A DNA stretch of 64,000 nucleotides, from NCBI GenBank assembly GCA_938038205.1, contig CALHSA010000003.1, forward strand, positions 3,760 to 67,759, written 5' to 3'. This stretch comes from an uncultured bacterium. GTDB lineage: Bacteria; Bdellovibrionota_C; UBA2361; JANWWW01. The first letter of the stretch is position 1. The number at the start of each line of letters is the position of its first letter. The notes under the pieces were generated by a model, which was given only the letters and a program-made list of their open reading frames with translations, made no database searches and had not been told where the DNA came from. Shown one piece after another: positions 9,665-18,417 of this stretch. The translations under genes and the position numbers were made by a program.

Positions 9665-10666
9665 TTAGACATTTCCTGCCTTTTTAACAGGCTCAAAAGT
9701 TATGATCCTTCTTATTGAGTAAATGCTTTTATTTTGTGATTCATGGTAAGTTCTTAATATCATCTCTGCAAGAATTCCTGAGAACACTAACTGCATTCCA
9801 AGTATAATTAGCATAACACTTAGTATTAAAAGAGGTCGATCGCCAGCTGGGATTCTTAAAAAAAACTTCTCGAATATAACCTTAAGTAAACCGATAAATC
9901 CAAATAGAAAAACAAAAATCCCAGAGTAACCAAAAAAATGTAGCGGTCTTCTACCAAAACTTAAGAAAAATTTAAGTAATATCAAATCAAGAATTACCCT
10001 AAAAGTACGGGATAATCCATACTTAGACTTACCCGCTACCCTTGGTCTATGATTTACAGGCATTTCAAAGATGCGGCATCCAAAACTAGCGGCTAGAACC
10101 GGAATAAACCTATGCATTTCTCCATATAACCTAAGTTGTTTTGCTACATCCCGTGTCATTAATTTTAGTGGTGATCCAAAGTCGTTAAGTTTTACTCCGG
10201 TAACCCAACTAATTAATTTTGCTGCTGCCCTGCTGGGAAGCGTTCTAAAAATTCTGCTGTCTTTTCTATTTTTTCGCCAGCCAGTGACCATATCATAACC
10301 TTCCATTAATTTTTTTAGTAGATTTGGAATATCTGCTGGATCGTTTTGACAATCTCCATCAATAGTGCAAACGAACTCTTTTGATGCTAAATCTAAACCA
10401 CACTGAATAGCTGCTGATTGACCAAAATTCCTTCGCAACTCTACTACAATAACCCGAGGGTCATCTTTTGCTATTAACTCAAGTTTCTCACCAGTCGAAT
10501 CTGTTGACCCATCATTTACAAATAGAATCTCATAGTCAAAAGAAAACAGTGCTTGCTTTAATTCAGCGTATAAGCGACCTAAATTATCCTCTTCATTAAA
10601 GACCGGTACAATGACTGAAATACCAATCACAGCTATAAGGGTATCAATAATTAAGGTTCTACGCAA
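9665..10666 (-). CDS. Glycosyltransferase family 2 with C-terminal membrane helices (polyprenyl-phosphate sugar synthase, DPM1/GtrB/ArnC-like)
   Basis: 'VIVPVFNEEDNL', 'VNDGSTD', 'DGDCQNDP' (the DxD region of GT2), then two C-terminal TM helices. Confidence 0.8.
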   Translation of the reverse strand: MRRTLIIDTLIAVIGISVIVPVFNEEDNLGRLYAELKQALFSFDYEILFVNDGSTDSTGEKLELIAKDDPRVIVVELRRNFGQSAAIQCGLDLASKEFVCTIDGDCQNDPADIPNLLKKLMEGYDMVTGWRKNRKDSRIFRTLPSRAAAKLISWVTGVKLNDFGSPLKLMTRDVAKQLRLYGEMHRFIPVLAASFGCRIFEMPVNHRPRVAGKSKYGLSRTFRVILDLILLKFFLSFGRRPLHFFGYSGIFVFLFGFIGLLKVIFEKFFLRIPAGDRPLLILSVMLIILGMQLVFSGILAEMILRTYHESQNKSIYSIRRIITFEPVKKAGNV

Positions 10667-10710
10667 ATCTTGATTTGAGATAATGGTTTAACTCTGATAT
10701 ACTCAAAATC

Positions 10711-11139
10711 ATGCTTACAAGTCCGAGAAAGCCAAAGTATCGAAAGCAAATGAAGAGATTAAGGCACCTCTCTGGAAGAGAGACCCGTGGAGTCCAATTT
10801 GCTTTTGGCGATTTTGGTCTCAGAGCTCTAGAATCAACTTATCTAACCAGTCGTCAAATTGAGGCTGGAAGAATAGCCATAGTAAGGCATGTTAAAAGAG
10901 GGGCTAAGATATGGATAAGAGTTTTTCCTCAAAAACCAATTACAAAAAAACCAGCAGAGACAAGAATGGGGAAAGGAAAAGGATCCACAGAATATTGGGT
11001 AGCGGAAGTAAGAGCTGGCAAACTTATTTATGAAATGAGTGGGGTTCCAAAAAAATTAGCCTTTGAGGCTTTAGAAAGGGCAGCTGATAAGATGCCTATA
11101 AAATGCAGAGTTGAAGCCAGAAGTCAGTATCTCATTTAA
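10711..11139 (+). CDS. rplP: 50S ribosomal protein L16 (uL16)
   Basis: 142 aa. 'RKPKYRKQMK', 'IWIRVFPQKPITKKPAETRMGKGKGSTEYWVAEVRAGKLIYEMSGVP' is near-identical in pattern to bacterial L16. No other ribosomal protein genes are adjacent. Confidence 0.85.
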   Translation: MLTSPRKPKYRKQMKRLRHLSGRETRGVQFAFGDFGLRALESTYLTSRQIEAGRIAIVRHVKRGAKIWIRVFPQKPITKKPAETRMGKGKGSTEYWVAEVRAGKLIYEMSGVPKKLAFEALERAADKMPIKCRVEARSQYLI

Positions 11140-11821
11140 GTTTATCAACGCTAAGTAAAGCTCTTTCAATATCCTGAGGTGTAAACTTTAATTTTGAATT
11201 TCGCAAGTATGATAAAATCGGGTTCTTGTAACCCTGATTTATCAGAAACCGAACAGCATAGTAGCTAACACCATAAGCTTGCATCGCCTCTCGCTGTGGT
11301 AGAGCTGACATTCCACTAGTTAACCGCGTTAAGGAAGGTCTTTTAGGGTTGTTTCTCCATAATTCGAAAAACTTAATTAAATACTCATTATCATCTGTAG
11401 ACTCTAGATATAAGGCTAAACCCTCATCTAACCACTCGGGGACTGTTGGACCAAAATTTTTGTAAATTACTAGATGAGTTAACTCGTGTCTAACTGCTCT
11501 TAATAAATTCTTTGATTGGTAAGTTGAGTATGGAATTAATATAACACCACTTACAAAAAAAGCGTTAGACCATGACGGAGCTCGGTATCGAAGAAAATAG
11601 TCTGAATCCTTTACAACCTTAACTACACCTTTAGTTGAACCTTTTTTTAACTCAAAAAATTCTTCTATATCAGCTAAATTAGAGCAGACCAATTTTCGAA
11701 AATCCCCAGAAAATTTAATATACTCATCTCCCTCAACTATAAGTGAGCAAGAGTATATTTGTTGAATGGCAATTATAAAACACAATTTTAGTATTAAAAA
11801 AATTTGTCTTATATTTTTCAC
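11132..11821 (-). CDS. Secreted/anchored zinc metalloprotease-like protein (Peptidase_MA_2-like HExxH...EGxA)
   Basis: N-terminal hydrophobic signal, then 'VRHELTHLV' followed 14 aa later by 'WLDEGLALY' (gluzincin third ligand). A paralog lies at 54913-55611. Confidence 0.5.
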   Translation of the reverse strand: MKNIRQIFLILKLCFIIAIQQIYSCSLIVEGDEYIKFSGDFRKLVCSNLADIEEFFELKKGSTKGVVKVVKDSDYFLRYRAPSWSNAFFVSGVILIPYSTYQSKNLLRAVRHELTHLVIYKNFGPTVPEWLDEGLALYLESTDDNEYLIKFFELWRNNPKRPSLTRLTSGMSALPQREAMQAYGVSYYAVRFLINQGYKNPILSYLRNSKLKFTPQDIERALLSVDKLK

Positions 11822-11888
11822 TAATTAACATATCGTCCTATTGTTTTATTTTTTTAAATATTTTTTTTAAACGAAATAAAAAAGTAAA

Positions 11889-12866
11889 TTATAAGTAGCA
11901 AACTTTATAAACTGCTTCCTTACATCTCTCCACAGATGGAAATACATACTCCTCTAACACAAACGAGTATGGCATTGGAACCTCGAGGCTACTAACGACT
12001 TCAACTGGAGCATCAAGGTAATCAAAACAATCTCTCTGAATTATAAAAGCAAGATACGATCCAAAGCTTGCTATTTCATGCTGTTCTTGAATAACAACAC
12101 ATCGATTAGTCTTCCTTACTGAGTCATAGATCAGCTGTGTATCTAAAGGTTTTAAAGTTCGAATATCTACTACTTCCGCATCAATGTTATCTTTCTGTAA
12201 CTCCTCCGCAACCCTCAAAGCTAGATGAACATTCTTTGACCAGGAGATTAAAGTTACATCTTTACCTTCTTTTTTTATATCTCCAACTCCCAAAGGAATA
12301 TAGTACTCAGTTTCCGGGACCTCCCCTTTTAATGAATAAGTTAGTTCTGATTCAAAGAAGCAAATAGGATTATCATCCCTTATGCATGTTTTTAACAACC
12401 CTTTCATATCATAAGGAGTTGAAGGGGCTACTACAAAAAGTCCTGGAGTATAACTGTAAAAATGCTCAAATGAGTTAGAGTGTTGTGCAGCAAGTTGCTT
12501 CGCTGCTCCGCCAGCCCCTCGAAAAACAATAGGACATTTTAACTGCCCACCTGACATTAACCTAGCTTTAGCTGCGGTATTAATGATTTGATCAATTGCA
12601 ATTAAGCTAAAATTGAAAGTCATAAACTCAACAATTGGCCTTAACCCAAGGAATGCCATACCAATACCAAGGCCAGCAAAACCATTCTCACATATCGGCG
12701 TATCAATAACCCTGTGAGGACCAAACTCCTTCAATAGTCCTCTCGAGCATTTGTAAGCTCCGTCATACTCTCCAACCTCCTCACCCAGAAGAATGACAGA
12801 GTCATCTTTTCTCATTTCTTCTGCAATAGCATCCCTAATTGCTTCTCTTATTTGAATAACAGCCAT
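11889..12866 (-). CDS. pdhB: Pyruvate dehydrogenase E1 component beta subunit
   Basis: 325 aa; transketolase-like pyrimidine-binding and C-terminal domains typical of E1 beta (MAVIQIREAIRDA... GGQLKCPIVFRG). Immediately downstream of E1 alpha. Confidence 0.9.
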   Translation of the reverse strand: MAVIQIREAIRDAIAEEMRKDDSVILLGEEVGEYDGAYKCSRGLLKEFGPHRVIDTPICENGFAGLGIGMAFLGLRPIVEFMTFNFSLIAIDQIINTAAKARLMSGGQLKCPIVFRGAGGAAKQLAAQHSNSFEHFYSYTPGLFVVAPSTPYDMKGLLKTCIRDDNPICFFESELTYSLKGEVPETEYYIPLGVGDIKKEGKDVTLISWSKNVHLALRVAEELQKDNIDAEVVDIRTLKPLDTQLIYDSVRKTNRCVVIQEQHEIASFGSYLAFIIQRDCFDYLDAPVEVVSSLEVPMPYSFVLEEYVFPSVERCKEAVYKVCYL

Positions 12867-12869
12867 AAA

Positions 12870-13826
12870 CTAATCCTCCACATATGCAAATTTTTCCGCT
12901 GTCTCTACGGCAGGAAAAGGATCATTCAATGCTTCTTGTAAACCTTGCTGGATCTCATTCTCAATTTTGGACTTGATCTCTTCAATTACATCACCATAGC
13001 CGTTCATATCCAAATACCTTTCAAGCTTTAAAATGCAGTCATTTCTCTTTTTCTCTTCAATCTCTTCTTTTGTTCTATAAGTGCCAGGGTCAGCCATCGA
13101 ATGTCCCCGATACCTATAACACTTCACATCAATAAGTGTCGTCTGATTCTTACTTCTAGCTCTCTCAACTGCTCTAGCTACAACCTCTTTCACCGCAAAG
13201 ACATCGAATCCATCTGCCGTATCTCTTGCTACGGGAAAACCAAGTGCTCGAATCGATAAATCCTCAACCGGCGCTGTTTTGTGTAATGGGGTCCCCATTG
13301 CGTAGTAGTTATTTTCAATTATTACCACCAATGGCAAGCCCCAAAGCGCTGCAAGACTCATTCCCTCAAAAAATGGACCAATATTAACAGCTCCATCTCC
13401 AATAAAACAAATAACCACTCCTCCTGAGTTTCTATATTTAAGTGCATATGCCATTCCGGCAGCTACCGGTACATGTGCTCCAACTATACCCCAGCCACCA
13501 TAATAATGTAGATTTACATCATAAAAATGCATAGATCCACCTCGCCCTTTAGCACATCCCGTTTCTTTTCCTAGAAGCTCAGCAAAACCAGCACGTACAG
13601 ATCCACCACATGCCAAATAATGACCATGACATCTGTATGCTGATATGACGTAATCTTTTTTTAAATCAATCGCCGCTACGGCTCCCACTGCAACAGCCTC
13701 TTGACCTATATATAAATGTAAAAAGCCTCCTATTTTTCTCTCTGTGTATAAGCGAGCAGCCTCTTCTTCGAATCTACGTATTCGTAGCATTTCCCCATAG
13801 TACTTTTTTACCTCCTCAATATTCAT
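12870..13826 (-). CDS. pdhA: Pyruvate dehydrogenase E1 component alpha subunit
   Basis: 318 aa; TPP-binding motif 'FIGDGAVNIGPFFE', 'YRYRGHSMAD'. Confidence 0.9.
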   Translation of the reverse strand: MNIEEVKKYYGEMLRIRRFEEEAARLYTERKIGGFLHLYIGQEAVAVGAVAAIDLKKDYVISAYRCHGHYLACGGSVRAGFAELLGKETGCAKGRGGSMHFYDVNLHYYGGWGIVGAHVPVAAGMAYALKYRNSGGVVICFIGDGAVNIGPFFEGMSLAALWGLPLVVIIENNYYAMGTPLHKTAPVEDLSIRALGFPVARDTADGFDVFAVKEVVARAVERARSKNQTTLIDVKCYRYRGHSMADPGTYRTKEEIEEKKRNDCILKLERYLDMNGYGDVIEEIKSKIENEIQQGLQEALNDPFPAVETAEKFAYVED

Positions 13827-13878
13827 ATACCGTTCCTCTCGCCTTTAATTTATACTATTAGCTTAGGTTTTAAAACGG

Positions 13879-14439
13879 GTGTTGTTCAAGGTTTTTGCTG
13901 TTGACCCATCAATTAATAAAATGGGGTGGGCTGTTTTAAACAGCAGGGAAGAAATCATAAACGCTGGAATTCTGAACTACACGGGGAGAGGTTCAGTTAA
14001 TGCAAGAATAAAAATGATAATCCATGAAATACATAAGTTACTTGTAGCCAACGAGATAAAAAATTCAGATTATTTTGTGGTTGAAGCATGTGCACAAATA
14101 GTCAATCCGAGAAGTTTTCTAATTTTAGAGCGTGTTAGGAGCGCAATCGAAACGGTCGCAATTATTCATGGTGTAAAGGTTCCAGGAAGAGTTAACCCCC
14201 GCAGTATACATGTAAGAATGTTAGGCTTAGAAAAACCTGAGAAAAGATCAAAAATTAAGCAAATCACCCGCCAATTCGTATCATCAAATTATTTAGACTT
14301 TTTTAGAGTGAATAACATTGATGTGGATAGAAAAAATCAAGATATTTTTGATGCTATTTTAATTGGTATGTACTTTTGCAGGGTTATGATATTTGCTAGG
14401 GATGACTATGAAATTAGTAAGATTTTATCTGATATTTAG
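13879..14439 (+). CDS. ruvC: Holliday junction resolvase RuvC (divergent)
   Basis: 'FAVDPS' (N-terminal catalytic Asp), 'VVEACAQ' (Glu), C-terminal 'DIFDAILIGMYFC' matching the RuvC DAADALAIA box. ~186 aa. Confidence 0.6.
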   Translation: MLFKVFAVDPSINKMGWAVLNSREEIINAGILNYTGRGSVNARIKMIIHEIHKLLVANEIKNSDYFVVEACAQIVNPRSFLILERVRSAIETVAIIHGVKVPGRVNPRSIHVRMLGLEKPEKRSKIKQITRQFVSSNYLDFFRVNNIDVDRKNQDIFDAILIGMYFCRVMIFARDDYEISKILSDI

Positions 14440-15415
14440 TTTTCTCTCATTATCCCTCTCTTTAAACGCACAAAAATTAACAATCTGCTCGCAAAATCTA
14501 CATAATTTTGGAGCAGAACGTGGACCGGCCATCAGAGAAGTTAGGGCTACTCTTCTTTCTGAAAGAATAGCAAAAGCTAAATGCGATATAGTAGCTGTTC
14601 AAGAACTTACAGCAAAAAGGATGGATCATGCAAAATCAGTGTGCAATAAGCTTATTGAGAAGCTCGCTAATCAAACTAACTCAAAGTGGGAATGTGTTAT
14701 AGGAGACCTTGGAGAAGGACAACATAGACTAGCTTTCCTTTTCAAAACCAAAAACCTATCCGTTACAGAGGCTATATCTCACATCAATGCTCCAATACCA
14801 AAATTATCGAAAATTGATAAGCCATCAACTTTTCAAAGGCCTCCTCTTGAAGCAGTTTTTCAGTTTAAGTCTCAAAAAATCTCAAGGAGACTTGCTATAT
14901 TCAATATTCATTTAAAATCAAAATCAGGGGGTGAAAAAGACCCAACAAGTCTTAAGTGGGAAATACAAAGGATGGAGCAAGCAGAGGCCATTAGATCTTT
15001 AGCCTTAAACCGAAGCGTAAAAAGTCAAATTCCCGTTTTAATAGCGGGTGATCGAAACTCCAACTTCAACTCTCCTACTGCAAAGATCCTTACTGGAGAA
15101 TTAACATTGAAAGACTTCTCGGAGTTAGCCCCTTGTAGAGTAACATCAAAACTTATCCCTGTCTGCAAAAGAGATGTAATTAAGCCTCCGTTCTTTGTTA
15201 GTCCAATTATTCTTGATAAATCTAATTTAACCATCGGTGGAACATTTTCATACAAGAAAAAATTGGAATTCTTAGATGATATTTTGATTGATGTAAAAAG
15301 CTTAGGCTTGGTTCAAAAACACCATTTTAGTCTTAAAGAATTTAACTCTGGAATTTTGTTCGAACCCTCAGAAGCTTCTGACCATGCTCTAGTTTGGGTT
15401 AGATTATCCTTTTAA
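14408..15415 (+). CDS. Secreted endonuclease/exonuclease/phosphatase (EEP) family protein
   Basis: Signal peptide (MKLVRFYLIFSFLSLSLSLNAQ). EEP motifs 'ICSQNLHNFG', 'DIVAVQEL', 'IAGDRNS', 'SDHALVWV'. Likely start is the ATG at 14408. Confidence 0.7.
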   Translation: MKLVRFYLIFSFLSLSLSLNAQKLTICSQNLHNFGAERGPAIREVRATLLSERIAKAKCDIVAVQELTAKRMDHAKSVCNKLIEKLANQTNSKWECVIGDLGEGQHRLAFLFKTKNLSVTEAISHINAPIPKLSKIDKPSTFQRPPLEAVFQFKSQKISRRLAIFNIHLKSKSGGEKDPTSLKWEIQRMEQAEAIRSLALNRSVKSQIPVLIAGDRNSNFNSPTAKILTGELTLKDFSELAPCRVTSKLIPVCKRDVIKPPFFVSPIILDKSNLTIGGTFSYKKKLEFLDDILIDVKSLGLVQKHHFSLKEFNSGILFEPSEASDHALVWVRLSF

Positions 15416-15423
15416 ACATAAAC

Positions 15424-16149
15424 TTAATTCAAAAGTTTCGCAGCCGCAAAATCTATAAAAAAATAAACTAACCCTTTACACTCAAATATTATTTCAGCCG
15501 GAACTGAAATCTGTGAATTCTGCTCAAAGAAGATTTTTCTTACTATTTCCTGTTTATTCTCTCCTCGCAACAACACAATGATCCTTTGAGACGATTTAAT
15601 TAATCTAGGTCCAATAGAAACCCTGCTAGTTTGCCCCTCAACATTTATAATGCAAGCAATTTCATCATCATAATCTACACCAGGAAACAAAGAAGCAATA
15701 TGACCGTCCTCTCCAATCCCGAGTAAAAGAATATCAAACCCCTTCGACAGCACTCCATATTTTTTTACTGAATCTACAAACTGATCTTTTGCCTGATAAA
15801 TATCCTCACCCTCCCACGTAATAAAAGTATACTTAGGAATGTCTTTAAAAAGATGATCAGAAACACTTACGTCGTTTCTCATTGATAAATCTGAAGTCCA
15901 CCTTTCATCTCCTAAAAAGAAAATAATCTTATCCCAGGGAAGCTGTTGCTTAAAAGCACCAGACGATAAGCATCGATACACATCTAGTGGCGTTCTACCA
16001 CCAGAGAGTGAAATGGTTACCGGCGAATGACTTTCAGAGATAACATTTACAACAGTGCATATTTCTTCTGCAATGTAGGAAGAGAAATGCTTAGGATCTA
16101 GCACTTCAACGAAAAAATTTTCTTTTCCGCTGATTTTAGGTATGTGCAT
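15424..16149 (-). CDS. pgl: 6-phosphogluconolactonase
   Basis: 'ISLSGGRTP', 'FFLGDERW', 'LLLGIGEDGHIASLFP' are NagB/Pgl-fold motifs. Assigned as Pgl because it is in an operon with zwf and tal. Confidence 0.7.
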   Translation of the reverse strand: MHIPKISGKENFFVEVLDPKHFSSYIAEEICTVVNVISESHSPVTISLSGGRTPLDVYRCLSSGAFKQQLPWDKIIFFLGDERWTSDLSMRNDVSVSDHLFKDIPKYTFITWEGEDIYQAKDQFVDSVKKYGVLSKGFDILLLGIGEDGHIASLFPGVDYDDEIACIINVEGQTSRVSIGPRLIKSSQRIIVLLRGENKQEIVRKIFFEQNSQISVPAEIIFECKGLVYFFIDFAAAKLLN

Positions 16150-16960
16150 CGAAAAGATACTTTACTAAATTTTTCGCTAAAACATAATCTAGAAATATAC
16201 CTGGGTTTAGAATAGCCGTATTTAACTCAGAATCAAAGGTAGACTTTGGAATAGTGACCTGGCCAACTGTTGAGCTAAATAAACTGCTGACTCTTCTGTT
16301 AATCGTTATACTGTTTTCTTTGCTTCGTATTGTAACCGATTCAAGTTCTGGATCAAGAGTAAACATTACCTTTAATGAAGCGTTCTTTGAGTGCAAAACA
16401 ATTTTATCTCTCGTTTTACTTTCCAAGGAGAATGGTTTTAGAAATTTACCAATCAACCAACCTAAGTTGAGAAGAGCCAATTTACTATCTAAGCTTAGTG
16501 TGTAAGTTATCTCTCCGTTGATCTGTTGGTCTAAGGAGGCCATTATGAGCTTCCTAAATGGTCGACCCCTGACCCAATTTAAGTCATAAAAATTGTTAAA
16601 ATCTTCTATTTCGACCAGGCTAGAATCAAACATTGAAAAATTAACTGAGTTTGAAATCTGATTTAAAAAATGATTATCAAATTTTTTCACAAATAATGCA
16701 CAAGATAGAACTGCTTCTCTTTTAGAACTTCTTATAATTGACAAAGTGCTCTCAAAACCTGCTTTAATAAACCGCAAAATGGATTTGCCTTTTACGAATA
16801 ATTCATCAGTTTGTACATCTTCTTTTTCAATTAAACTTTCAAATACTAAAAGATTTAAAGGAACTCTCTTACATAGAGGCTCAATAAAATCAGCATTTAA
16901 TCCAACACCACCTATTATAACGTTTGCATAAAAACTTTGGTTAATCATAGATTCTCCCAT
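16136..16960 (-). CDS. Hypothetical protein; candidate OpcA-like G6PD assembly/effector protein by synteny only
   Basis: 274-aa ORF overlapping the zwf stop (16 nt) and the pgl start (14 nt), i.e. exactly the opcA slot of actinobacterial/cyanobacterial tal-zwf-opcA-pgl operons. No motif-level confirmation possible by eye. Confidence 0.35.
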   Translation of the reverse strand: MGESMINQSFYANVIIGGVGLNADFIEPLCKRVPLNLLVFESLIEKEDVQTDELFVKGKSILRFIKAGFESTLSIIRSSKREAVLSCALFVKKFDNHFLNQISNSVNFSMFDSSLVEIEDFNNFYDLNWVRGRPFRKLIMASLDQQINGEITYTLSLDSKLALLNLGWLIGKFLKPFSLESKTRDKIVLHSKNASLKVMFTLDPELESVTIRSKENSITINRRVSSLFSSTVGQVTIPKSTFDSELNTAILNPGIFLDYVLAKNLVKYLFDAHT

Positions 16961-18417
16961 AAAGTTGAAAATCGAGTAGGAAGCAGTTCAGACTCTTTTG
17001 GACCCCATGAACCCGCGGAATATCTCCTAAGTGGTATTAAATTTTTCTTAAATACTTCAAGAATTGGATCAACAATCCTCCAAGACTGTAAAATCTCTTC
17101 ACTCGAGGCAAATAAAAGACGATCGCCCCTTAAAGCATCAAAAAGAATCCGCGAATATGCGTCTGAGAATGCAATGTTAAAATAATCAGGTACATTTAAA
17201 CTCAATTGTGCAGGTTGCTCCCTAAATTCAGATCCATAAGCTTTTAAAAAAAGTTGCATGGTAATCCGTTCCTCAGGCTGAAAAATCACTCTCAAGGCAC
17301 TAGGAGAGTAAAAGGCCCGCAATAAATTGTATTCCTCACTAAGACCTACGGAATTCTTGAAGAAGAAAGATATTATCCCTAACCTTTTTGGTAACCTCTT
17401 GCCCACCCTGACAAATATTGGAACATTATGCCATCTAGGAGTTGCACACTCAAAAATTCCAGCAAAAAAGGTCTCTGTTTCGCTATTAGATTCAACATCC
17501 TTCTCTTCTAGGTAAGAGACCACTCGACGACCATTAATATAGCCAGCTTCGTATTGGGCTCTAACAAGAGTTTTTTCCGATAAATCGTGATTCCAAACCT
17601 TGAACTGCTTTAAAACTTTTAATTTCTCATACGATACATCGTGTGAGGTTATTGTTGCTGGTTTTTCCATGAGAATAAGAGATAAGGTTTGTAGTATATG
17701 ATTCTGAAACATATCCCTAACTATTCCCGTTTGATCAAAGTAATCCCCCCTACCCTCAACTCCTACATCTTCAGCTATGGTTAACTGAATATTCGAGATA
17801 AATTGCTTTGATAAAAGCGAATCCAGAAACTCATTCGAAAATCTTAAAACCAGAATATTTTGAATCAATTCTTTCGCTAGATAATGGTCAATTCTGTAAA
17901 CACTTCCTTCATTAACAAATCGGTGGATTAAATTATTCAACTTAGCTGATGAGTGATAGTCATGACCAAACGGTTTCTCAAACAGAAACCTCGAATGACG
18001 ATCTCCATTAGTAATAAGTCCAGTCTCAGATATAGCCTCTATTATTGATTCAAATAAAGAAGGCTTCACAGCAAAATAAAAAATTAACTGCTCTTGAGGA
18101 GTAATTTTTTCCCTAATTAGTTTTACAACTTGTCCTATCTCACCTTTAATGTATTCAAACTTAGATAAAAAATTAATTTTCTGAGCAGAGTCTGAGGATT
18201 GAGAGTGTAAGGATGACAAAATAAGCTCTCTAAAAGAGTGATTGGAATAATCACTCCTACCGGTACAAATGAACCTGGTCTTGTCAATTAAATGCCCTCT
18301 TAAGAATAAATCAAAAAGCGCAGGATAAATTTTTCTCCGAGATAAATCCCCTGTCGCTCCAAAAATTATTAAACAAGTCGGAGTTCCTACCCAAAAATCA
18401 TAAGACATTTTACACAA
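16945..18417 (-). CDS. zwf: Glucose-6-phosphate 1-dehydrogenase
   Basis: 'IIFGATGDLSRRKIYPALFDL' NADP-binding N-terminus, 'RIDHYLAKE' active-site motif; 490 aa. Confidence 0.9.
   Translation of the reverse strand: MCKMSYDFWVGTPTCLIIFGATGDLSRRKIYPALFDLFLRGHLIDKTRFICTGRSDYSNHSFRELILSSLHSQSSDSAQKINFLSKFEYIKGEIGQVVKLIREKITPQEQLIFYFAVKPSLFESIIEAISETGLITNGDRHSRFLFEKPFGHDYHSSAKLNNLIHRFVNEGSVYRIDHYLAKELIQNILVLRFSNEFLDSLLSKQFISNIQLTIAEDVGVEGRGDYFDQTGIVRDMFQNHILQTLSLILMEKPATITSHDVSYEKLKVLKQFKVWNHDLSEKTLVRAQYEAGYINGRRVVSYLEEKDVESNSETETFFAGIFECATPRWHNVPIFVRVGKRLPKRLGIISFFFKNSVGLSEEYNLLRAFYSPSALRVIFQPEERITMQLFLKAYGSEFREQPAQLSLNVPDYFNIAFSDAYSRILFDALRGDRLLFASSEEILQSWRIVDPILEVFKKNLIPLRRYSAGSWGPKESELLPTRFSTLWENL

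Noticed and set aside
10071-10298. 75-aa ORF antisense to the GT2 gene
   Set aside because: Antisense to a strongly supported CDS; no motifs.
12137-12367. 76-aa ORF antisense to pdhB
   Set aside because: Antisense to a conserved CDS.
16254-17515. Several 60-85-aa plus-strand ORFs antisense to the OpcA-slot gene and zwf
   Set aside because: All lie inside well-supported minus-strand genes and have no recognisable features.
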